From: Catajapyx aquilonaris
Taxonomy: Eukaryota
Direction of reading: 5' to 3'
Length of the DNA: 37,053 nucleotides
Assembly: GCA_000934665.2 (NCBI GenBank)
Contig: JYFJ02000949.1
Span: 62,001 to 99,053 of the forward strand
Below are positions 1 to 9,280 of this stretch, one piece after another. The stretch's first letter is position 1; each line of letters starts with the position of its first letter. The notes below the pieces were generated by a model that was not told where the DNA came from, made no database searches, and saw only the letters and a program-made list of their open reading frames with translations. A program made the translations under genes and the position numbers.

Positions 1-427
1 GGTCTTTGTAAGATCGACAAGGAAGGGAAGGCCAGGAAAGTGGTCGGATGCTCCTGTGTCGTCGTCAGGGTGAGTAGGGGCCGTGGTTCGAAGGGGAAAA
101 GCTCAAGTGGGTCGGAACATGAGGAATTCAACACCGATGATGACTGAATATAAGTAGGGCTCCCTCTGCCGAGGACATACCCGTTACCACAAAATCGTGT
201 GGAAAACATCCTACTTGCTGAGGTGATGATTCCAGTACTATAATGCGGCTATTTTAGCAATGTTCTGGTCGGGTGAATTCAAATGTAAAGGGCGTACTCT
301 TGAGCGAACAAAACCATCCGTAATCACATGTAAATATAGCGTGTGCCTTCTCTTCTTTCAGGACTGGGGGCAGGAGACCCAAGCACATGACGTGATGCAG
401 GACTACCTCAAGCAGCGAAGTCATTGA
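1..427 (+). CDS. RPS12: 40S ribosomal protein S12 (eS12), last two coding exons; 5' part outside window
   Basis: Exon 1-69 reads [23 protein letters not shown] and ends at a GTGAGT donor. Intron 70-361 ends ttctttcAG. Exon 362-427 reads [21 protein letters not shown]. This matches the eS12 C-terminus. Confidence 0.97.
132..225 (+). ncRNA. SNORD100: Intronic box C/D snoRNA, SNORD100-like (18S rRNA 2'-O-methylation guide)
   Basis: Terminal stem CACC (132-135)/GGTG (222-225), box C ATGATGA (137-143), box D CTGA (218-221). Guide GGCTCCCTCT (158-167) sits just before a D'-like CCGA (169-172) and is complementary to the conserved 18S motif AGAGGGAGCC. Located in an RPS12 intron. Confidence 0.88.
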
Positions 428-448
428 GAGCCTGCTGCATAAATGACT

Positions 449-454
449 AATAAA
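449..454 (+). terminator. Polyadenylation signal of RPS12
   Basis: AATAAA 21 nt after the RPS12 stop codon. Confidence 0.75.
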
Positions 455-656
455 AAGTTGAAATGAAAACATTAAGTTTCACTCTTGCTTTTCTGACGCC
501 AGCAGACATTCTTCACTCTGGAATTTCTGAGATTCCACAGAGAGTGTCTTTGTTGGCGGACATTTAATCGCTCTGTTGTCGCCACTCGGTATGTGAGAAA
601 TGCGATGCTGTTTTCCATTCTTCGTAAACAATGAAGATGAGTTGCGCATGTCGTTA

Positions 657-811
657 ACCTGCGTTTACATGCCAGCGATTTGTCGAGCAATAACATGCCA
701 AGTAACTGGTATTTGTTAAGAGGTCAAAATTGATTGTTACTTTCACCTCAAACGATTCTGGTTACTCAGCGATGTTATCGCTCGTCAAATAGTTCACATG
801 TAAACACGGCC
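657..811. mobile_element. ~155-bp MITE, PIF/Harbinger-like
   Basis: ~50-bp imperfect TIRs: CCTGCGTTTACATGCCAGCGATTTGTCGAGCAATAACAT versus reverse complement GCCGTGTTTACATGTGAACTATTTGACGAGCGATAACAT. Flanks TTA/GTA resemble a decayed TWA TSD. Confidence 0.65.
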
Positions 812-874
812 GTAGTGATACGCATGTCTGAAGTTTGCTGTGAAAGTTTATTCTGATTTGGTCTGCTATCGATT

Positions 875-2076
875 TTAACAATGAGCAAGTGACTTGAAGC
901 TAACAATAATGACAGGCAGGCACAGCAGCACTATCCTGTTAAGCTTGAAAGTCGCTGCACCATTCTCGCCGCCGGCGCCACTGCTCTCTTTGCCTGTGCC
1001 GCACAGCCCTGGAAACTGTTTGGAGCACTTGCTGTACTCCGAAGGACAGGCAGAACAAGCCTTTCCAACCTGCAACATTCCTCAACGTCACTTTCACTGG
1101 GAATGTGCCATACAAATCGATAGTTACCTTGTACAGAGGCTTGTTCTTGAAGTTTCCTGCCGGCCCGTAGTCACATGCAGAGAGAATGGCGTTCATGGAT
1201 CCGTCCTTGTAGGTGACCATACCGCAGCCCAGCTCACGTGAAGTTGCCCACAGCAGCTGGGTGTAGTGTCCAACCTGAGGGGTCATCTTCCCTCTGCAAA
1301 TAATTGTCACATGAAAATTACATTGAAAGGTCAACAACTCACGGATGTATATACTTACGGGAAGTTCGCGGCTCCCGTTTTGGGGAAGTCCACAACTTCG
1401 ACGTACCACTCGTGCACGATGTCAGTCCAGTTGGCCGCAACCACCCTGGAGTTCTTTGATATGTGCAAGTTCTGTCCCACACGATATTTGTCTGTTTTTG
1501 AAGGAATTGGGAATAAGTAATCGGTCTAATTACAACGGCACGGCAAGGTACCTGTGTCTCGTTTCGTATCATGTGCGAACGTGCACTGGTCGGCCCAGCG
1601 CTGAGCAATGTTGGCCAGCTCACTGCTCCACACCTACAGGTATTTTCATGAGCAAATTATTCGTCGCCCCCAAATTATTATGCCCATGCCATACCATCTG
1701 CACCATGTCTGCAGCAGCTGGCTGCGGTCCACCACCCTTGCCCCTCTTCTCCTTTCCATTTGCAACAATGGCCCTGTAGTGATTGTGAGCCCACAGGGCG
1801 GCATCCTTCTCCGCCGTGGACATGCCGGACTTCACACCGCCTTTGGGTCCACACGCTGAACCTAAACCCTGAGGAAGACAATAACAGTTTGTTGGACAGT
1901 TAATGGAATTTCCCAAATTGCAAGTCTGCTGTGTACTTATTGTGGCCATCAATTGAACTCACTTTGAATTTGCACATGGTGTGGTCAGCCCCGATCTTGC
2001 AGTAGTCCTGCGCATCAACTGTCCCCCAAATGGCCAGGATGACCAGAAGGGCCAGGGACGGCCCCGCTGGCCTCAT
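875..2076 (-). CDS. CAP/SCP superfamily (venom allergen 5-like) secreted protein, copy A, 6 exons
   Basis: ATG at 2076 starts signal peptide [22 protein letters not shown], then [18 protein letters not shown] motifs [50 protein letters not shown]. Cys-rich hinge GKACSACP...GLC and hydrophobic C-terminus. All introns GT-AG with consistent phases. Confidence 0.93.
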
Positions 2077-2180
2077 CGTCGATCAGGACCCAACAATGTC
2101 GCCCGGTCGTCATCGATACATTTTATTCCTATACAAACGAAAAAACAATGACGTAACTAGCGGATACGAGACAGTGAATT

Positions 2181-4223
2181 TTAATAATGTGAATAAATCC
2201 GGTTCAATACAATAATGCTGAGTAGGCATGGCAGCATTACTTTCGGCTTCATCATTGTCGACGCTGCTCTTGAGGTAGTGGCGTTTTTGTGGTGGCCGTG
2301 GTGATGGGTTTTGTCGTCCTCGTCGCCCTCGTGGTCCTTGTGATGCTTCTTATGAGTACCGGTATGATGATGCTTCTTATTCGTATGATGCTGCTTCTTA
2401 GTGTGGTGGTGGCCGCCACCGCCGTGCCATCGGCCACCGCCACCGACGTGTCCTCGGCCACCGCCGTGCCCTTGGCCACCACCACCACCGACGTGTCCTC
2501 GGCCACCTCCGTGTCCTTGGCCACCACCGCCGTGTCCTTGGCCAGCACCACCACCGCCTGTAGATCCTCCTCCAATGGCCTTTTCCTTGCCCGAACTGCA
2601 CAGACCAGGAAAATGCGACGAGCACTTCTGGAACTCATCAGGACACGCAGAACAAGCTTTTCCGACCTGCATTGTATTGTAAACACGTTATTATTATTAT
2701 TATTATTTTGAAGTATAGACTGCACAGCATTGCACGTTTGTTACCTTGTAGATAGGCTTGTTCTTGATGTTTCCTGCAGGTCCGTAGTCGCACACCGACA
2801 GTATGGCGTTCAAGCTTCCGGACTTGTAGACGGTCATACCGCAACCCAGGTCATGCGAGGTCGCCCACAGCAGCTGGGTGTAGTGCCCAACCTGAGGGGT
2901 CATCTTCCCTCTGGCCAAATTGACAAGGTGAACAATTATTACCATTGAAAGGTCAACAAACTTATTATAATATGGACAGGGAGCATATAGGCTGCTACAT
3001 AAGAGGCGCAAACTTCGGTCGGCGCCTTTTATGTCCGCGTCTCTCTGTTTGGGGCAGTTGCCAAGGCTGGCGGCCATTTTGAAACGGGGGCAACGCCAAC
3101 GAGGTATAAATAGGGTACAGGCAGGCCGTGAAGGTCCGCCATCTTTGATGGTTTTGGCGGCCATGGCACTTTACGGAAAGCACACAGTTTTGTTGTATGA
3201 GCTCCTTTCACTTTCCTACGTATTAATTCCGTAAGTACGGCAAAAATAATTCGAATTCGCGCGTGTTCTTGCCGTGTGAAGTGCCATGGCCGCCAAAACC
3301 ATCAAAGATGGCGGACCTTTACGGCCTGCCTGTACCCTATTTATGCCTCGTTGGCGTTGGCCCCACTTCAAAACGGCCGCCAGCCTTGGGAACGGCCCCA
3401 AACAGAGAGACGCGCGAATCGAATGTTTGCGCCTCTTATGCAGTATGTGCTCCCTGATATGGATGTGTGTACGCACGGGAAAGCCTCTGCTCCCGATGCA
3501 GGGAAGTCCACAACTTCGACGTACCACTCGTGCACGATGTCTGTCCAGTTGGCCTCAACCACCCTGGAGTTCTTCGATATGTGTACGTTCTGTCCCACTC
3601 TATATTTGGCTGTATTTTATTTATTTTTAATAAATTGGGAAGAAGAAGAAAAAATATCAAAACAATTGCGCGTAATATATTGTAGTACAATACGCACATA
3701 CATGTGTCTCTCTTCTTGTCATGTGCGAATGTGCACTGGTCTGCCCAACGCTGAGCAATCTTGGCCAGCTCGCTGTTCCACACCTGAATTATTATTATTT
3801 TAAAATATAATATTGTCCCCCCCCCTCTGTCGATAATGTTCAGCAGTTAGCTACACTTGGCCGTACCATTTCGAGCACGTTCGCTGCAGCTGGCTGCGGT
3901 CCTCCCCCATTCTTGCTCCTCTTCTCCTTCGCATTTGCAACAATGGCCCTGTAGTGGTTGTGGGCCCACAGGGCCGCGTCCTTCTCCTTCGAGGAAATGC
4001 CGGATTTGGTCGTGCTCGACGGGCCACACGCTGAACCTACACCCTGAAGCAGCAGACATTGCATTATTCTTGTTGGTCAATCATTATTGCTGCGTCTTGA
4101 ACTCACTGGGAACTGGCACATGGTGTGGTCAGGAGCTATTTGGCAGTAGTCGGACGACAGCACATCAACAACCGAACCCCAAATGACCAGGATGACCAGA
4201 AGAGACGCCAGACCTGGCTGCAT
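2181..4223 (-). CDS. CAP/SCP superfamily secreted protein, copy B, 6 exons, with Gly/His-rich C-terminal insertion
   Basis: ATG at 4223 (MQPGLASLLVILVIWGSVV). Exons 4223-4107, 4043-3867, 3783-~3702, ~3609-3477, 2910-~2745, ~2666-2181. Same CAP motifs and intron positions as copy A. The last exon carries G/H repeats before the hydrophobic tail. Confidence 0.93.
2977..3456. mobile_element. 480-bp non-autonomous foldback MITE with 7-bp TSD (P-superfamily-like termini)
   Basis: Ends CAGGGAGCA...TGCTCCCTG, with ~200-bp highly similar inverted arms. Direct repeat ATATGGA at 2970-2976 and 3457-3463. Absent from the equivalent 65-nt intron of paralog A. Confidence 0.9.
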
Positions 4224-4639
4224 CGTCGAATAACCGGCCAACAATACACATCAGCAAAGGCCGGTTGATGCGCGCAACAATAGTTTCCATCGATATCCCA
4301 AAATATTCGGCCTTCCCATTGTTACCAACACTTCTACAGTCTCTATACCTAAAGACTATGCCTGGGTGTAAGCATTGCCATAATAATTATGCTGTCCTGC
4401 CACCCTCAGGTCGTGCGAGAGATAGCGGTACTATCAGGTTGGACGAATATCAGACCCTTTTAGGAGAAAGATCCCCGTTGTAACGGACATTACTCCACAG
4501 ACATACATAAAAACAGGATTCAATTTCATGTGAAATAAATTGTTTCCATGTTGCATACAACAGATTGCCTTTATTTGTCGTTTCCAAAAAGAAAAAAAAT
4601 ACATACTGTACAATGTACATAACAATGTGTTGGACTGGT

Positions 4640-7600
4640 TTACATCAAGACCTGAAAGTAAAGAAGGCAAATGTTAGTCGGTGGTGATCCAACGACCAAA
4701 GACGCCCTCGTGTGAACCCTACCATGTCGACGATGTGTACCAGGCCGTTCGTGGCCGTGACGTCGCATCCGGTGACGCTGGCCTGCTCTGCAAAGACGCG
4801 TCCGATGTCATCCTTGTAGAAGTACATCTGGTACCGGTCCAGCATCCTCTTGGCCATCACCATGGGCGGTTGTCCCTCGAACACCGTGTTCTTCGGCACA
4901 AAAGCGCAGCACAGCTCCTCACGAATGACGTGGCGCATGACCAATGACCTCGCAAGGTCACGGTCACTCTGGTACTTCTTCAATTCCTCTGGCTTCTTCT
5001 TCGCAAAAGCAGCGTTCGTCGGTGCCATTATTGTCCATGGCCCGTCTCCTTTGAAGTCGTAGTGGATCCTGCTGAACTGTTCAAGAATCGTTAAGTGTAC
5101 CCGGTTCGGAACCGGTCCTGTTTACTCACCTCAAGAATTTTGTAGAAAGTTGATAGGTCGTCGTTTTTCTTGATGATGTTGACCACATGGCTCTTCGGTG
5201 TGTTTATGGTGCTGTCCAGTACGTACACGTACCCACCGCAAGACGTGGCGACTGCTCGTTGGATCGGTGCACATTGGGCTGTAGCCACCGGGTGTCCTAT
5301 CGCCCCTTGCATCATACTCTAAAGATTGAACTGTACAGTACGAACTCCGTACAACCTGAGCCGTGTACATACCGGTACATAAAAGTTGATCCTGACTGGC
5401 TTGTCCGCTTTGGAAGTCAGGACAGTCGGATAGTTCATCTCGCACACCTTCAGCGTCGGTTCAGTCACATGGTTCAATAACCAGTCCTTCAGACTTGATT
5501 GGTCATCCTTCAGCTTGTCCAGTTCATCCTTGCCCATCAGACGGATCGCTTCGTCGGACGGAGCAAACACCGTTATGTTGGTCATCATGTTCAGCTCGGA
5601 GGTCAATCCAGATTGGCCCAGAAGCTCCAGGAAAGTGGTGGCCTCCATATCGGACAGGACGTCCGTCGTCTTACGCACTGGAATATTGAACATACATGTA
5701 TATCTGCTATAAATTAACTGTGTGCAAATCCTATCGTACTCAGTGGCGTTTCGATAATGTCATCGACGACATGCAGGACACCATTTGTCGCAACCAGGTC
5801 CTTCTCGACAAACTGTGCTCTGTTCTTCCCAGCATAAAACTTCGCATCGTTCCGTTCAATCAACAAGTCAGTACCAGAAAGTGTCGGTTCCGCCAACCTG
5901 TCGTACACACCAGTTGAGCAAATTGTGGTGACAACTATGTGCTGCTTAATTGTGTCTGAAACAATCAGAAAAGACGAATTCACACGCTCGATTCGCCAGG
6001 AGGGAAACGCACATCGTGTGAATGAGGACATACCGTGAAGACAAGCAGCTCCGTTTTTGAGTGCCTTCAACTTGGATGATTTCATCTTCTCAAAGGCTGC
6101 GTCTCTTGGAGCAAGTACTGTCAAATGCTGCTCGGGGTTCTCCAAAATCCAGGTCATATTTGCTTTCTCCAACACTGAAACATGAAGACGTATGACTATA
6201 CATGATCTTCATGATTTTTTTATTGCACTTACGCTCTGTAAATGTGGTCAGATCCGGATGAGCTGAGACCTTTTGAGCCAGTGTGTCAGTGACTGGCTCC
6301 AGCACCTTTTCGACCTGGTGCATGACCCCGTTTGTGACCACATAGTCAGTCGGAGACGCAAATTTGACGCAATTGGCTGTCATGATCACGGGGGATCCCA
6401 AGTACACATTAAGTCTGATTGTGCCATCTCCTTTGGTACGCAGCACCTGAAGATGTACTGAAATTGCAGTACGCTCTGGCTAAGAGGTACTGGTACGTAC
6501 CATTTCGCTATGAAAATCCGGACGTTCAACGGCTCCAATACCGACGTGAGCCATCAGGTCCTGCTCAACCTTGCCGTTCTTCACAACCTTCAGTCCACTG
6601 CAAGTTCAACGCGTGTTAATTATAATTTGGGAGTTAATTAGCGAATATTCACCTGCTGTCTTCATCAGCTCGTCCTTCTACCTCATCAGCTTCGTCGCTA
6701 GTGCTGTCATTTTCTTCGTCCATTGGTTGGTTGCTATCGGATTTTCCGCTGTCCTTTTTGTCCTTCTTGGGCGAACGACGTCTCCTGGTGTCCTCCTTGC
6801 CACTTTTCTGCAACTGTTTGACATACCGTGTGAATGCCTGTTGCGTCGGAACAAACAGCGTGACGTTCTTCATTCTGAGCATCTCCAGGATTCCGTTCCC
6901 TTTGAAGAAGTTGTAGAAGTCTCGTGCAAACAGGTTCTTTACTGCTGTGGTCATACGCTGGAGGTACGCTGCAAAAAATAAAGTAATGTCCAACAATGTA
7001 TCGATCGGAACAGTTTGTCATGTGTACCTGGTTCGCAGTAACCACTCTCTTGTATCTGGTATCCCTCGCAGCATCGTAATGACATGTACATGAAGCTCTT
7101 CACACCGTTGATCAGCGTTCTGTGCATTGTACGGCAATATCAATAATTAAACATCCTAAATTGTAGTGCTGTCGTACCTGGTATCGCAGAGGTACCGACG
7201 TCCAGTGTCCATACACTCCGACTTTTTCTCTGACGCCAAATAGTCCTCACCCTCAGCCACGACGTGCTTTTCGTCCCGTGCGCCGACACAAACGTTCGGC
7301 CTGTCATAATAAGCACACAAATGATTAATCGTACGTCATAAGGATTAACCACTGGTTCTGGATTAACCACTGGTTTTGGATTAACTATAGTACTTACCCT
7401 CGCCACCATTGTACGCCCTGTGCAGTAGATGGATATCGTCGTTCATGCCACTTGTCCGATGCGCCATCGTTAACCGGATCTGGCAAATATGAAACTTGTT
7501 TTAAATGTGTTAATGACGTGTTTTAATAATATATTAGTGGGTGATTTACATAGAGGTGCGGGTTGGTAGGGATCGACGAAGCGGCTACGTGTGGCTCGAA

Positions 7601-7815
7601 ATGCATGGTCAGAGTCGCTGCTGGTCTTCAAATCACTGTTTTGTAACCTGGGAGATTTTCAAGGGAAACATTTTTTTAAAGAAAATTTTGAGTGGGATCA
7701 TTTTCATTTTTTTTCCAAAAAAAACAGCTTACCAGTGGGATGTTTCTTGAGTATTGTTGAGAGACGCACATTTCGTCCGGTACACCACCAGTAAGATTAA
7801 GAGTACGCGGTTCAT
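4640..7815 (-). CDS. Fasciclin-domain protein (EMI + 4 FAS1; TGFBI/periostin/midline-fasciclin-like), copy C
   Basis: ATG at 7815 starts MNRVLLILLVVYRTKCASL (signal-like), downstream of a TCAGT Inr. EMI-like WWRG|PNVC...CCEGY...C. FAS1 motifs VTLFVPT, TNGVMHQV, LTVLAPRDAAF, ATNGVLHVVD, ITVFAPSDEA, WTIMAPTNAAF, ATNGLVHIVD. Final micro-exon VLM* ends at 4640. Exon phases consistent. Confidence 0.9.
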
Positions 7816-8546
7816 GTCCGAACAACCACTACTTTCTTACTGAAAAATGATCCAAACGCACATTTTTGGGGGGCCACAAATTCCAAGCATTCCTGTGTGA
7901 TGAAAGCAGCATTATCTAATCAAGAAACCACACGAGAAAAATGCAATCCTGGAATGTACCAAGTGCGCGTAATGAATGTGCATTCACACCGTTCATATAT
8001 CTTCCAGATACTATAGTATCACTTGAATGGTAAAGACCTCTCTTCTTCTTCTTTTTCGTTTCTATATACAGTGGATAACGTTATCGATGATTAATGCAAG
8101 CGAAGTTTTCGATGACAATAAAGTGTGTACAGTACATTGTAAGTGAATTATAATTGGCCATTAATATGGTTCTTACAACTGTTCTGGCAGAATTCTGATA
8201 AACTGAAGCATGCTGAGTCGTCCTAATTATTGTTGTTAATTTATTGTGAGTCTTGATTTTGAGATCAAGTTCGTCTGTACTGTACTACTTCAGACACATG
8301 TTTGGTGATTGTCAGTTGAGCATGTTTATTCTCGAATTCAACTTTGAGCAAGGCCGGTTGTTATTTAATTTATTCAGTAATTCATTCACTGTCCTCAATT
8401 GCTCATGGTTTTTTTTGGCACTTATTTTCCCCATGGAGGCATGGATGCCAACAATGGTTGCGATCCCGACAAACAATTGTTGATATACCCATGGAAACAC
8501 AGTTCCTATAAGTTTGGAATATTTTGGTTTGGGTCGACTTCACACA

Positions 8547-9114
8547 ATGGATTGGTTTCAGCAAAGACACGAAAGCCTTGAGGGCGTCTTTGATGGTAGG
8601 TACTTGTTTCATGGACGAGGTCTCTGATGTTGGCAATTTCAGTATTGGACTCAAGTGATGTACCGTTTTATTCGCAGGTTTGGAGGAGCTGAAGGCAGAG
8701 CGCGAAGAGATCCAGGACGCCATAGACGCTGAAGAGATGGAGCTGAAGGAACTGCATGATAGGCTCCAGTGGTACTCCTACCAACTCGCAGTCTGCAACG
8801 AGAGGCTCGCTTCTATGGTGGCCAGGAAGAATAACTACGACAAGAACCTTCGAATGACCCAGATTGCCTTCAAAAAGGTCATACGAACATCCTGTGTAGT
8901 ATAATTATTGCGTTTATTAATAATACTAATAATGTTTTATCTTCAGCTGTCCAAGACCATCAAGGAGTCCGTGTGGGAACTGACGGAGGCTTCGGAAGAG
9001 ATTCCGGAAGAATACGTAGACCCAGATGACCAGCTGGCCTATGAGGAAGGTAGGCCTGTCCTGGAGCCATGGCGCGGAGACGACGACGATTCCGACGAAG
9101 AAGGAGAACCTTAG
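8547..9114 (+). CDS. SSNA1: SSNA1/NA14/DIP13-like coiled-coil protein, divergent, 3 exons
   Basis: Exons 8547-8595, 8678-8877, 8947-9114. Core LEELKAEREEIQDAIDAEEMELKELHDRL...LAVCNERLASMVARKNNYDKNLRMTQIAFKKL aligns without gaps to recalled SSNA1 [29 protein letters not shown]...[38 protein letters not shown] at ~9142. Confidence 0.75.
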
Positions 9115-9280
9115 CCAACCGTCCAAAAAGGATTTCATCGGAATAAAAATTGACGTCCGGTTTGGTTTACATTGAAACAAGGTTCACCATAAGCAGGCCA
9201 GAAAAATGTACTGTTGTTTACTCGGCGTCGTTTACATAAAGCGGTATCTCAGGTACATGGAATCAAAGCGTTGAATATAT

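Noticed and set aside
195..217. Possible second snoRNA guide (GAAAACATCCT, complementary to an 18S-like AGGATGTTTTC)
   Set aside because: The complementarity stops ~5 nt short of box D, so the +5 rule is not met. The segment also overlaps an internal stem.
226..345. Possible H/ACA snoRNA in the rest of the RPS12 intron
   Set aside because: No convincing two-hairpin/H-box architecture. The weak GCTAT...ATAGC symmetry looks more like a decayed MITE.
2252..2725. Alternative-frame ORFs (poly-Pro/Cys, Val/Ala-rich, Arg/Trp-rich)
   Set aside because: Shadow frames of the Gly/His repeat in CAP-B.
2995..3630. Mirror-image ORFs (MAAKTIKDGGP...) on both strands
   Set aside because: Produced by the inverted arms of the MITE; no transposase motifs.
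6598..6652. Apparent premature stop or frameshift in fasciclin C
   Set aside because: A 55-nt phase-2 GT-AG intron restores the frame (…EDSSGLKVVKNGK…), so it is not a pseudogene.
7342..7385. 18-bp palindromic repeat GGATTAACCACTGGTT(C/T)T, about 2.5 copies
   Set aside because: Small local intronic duplication with no spacers; not CRISPR-like.
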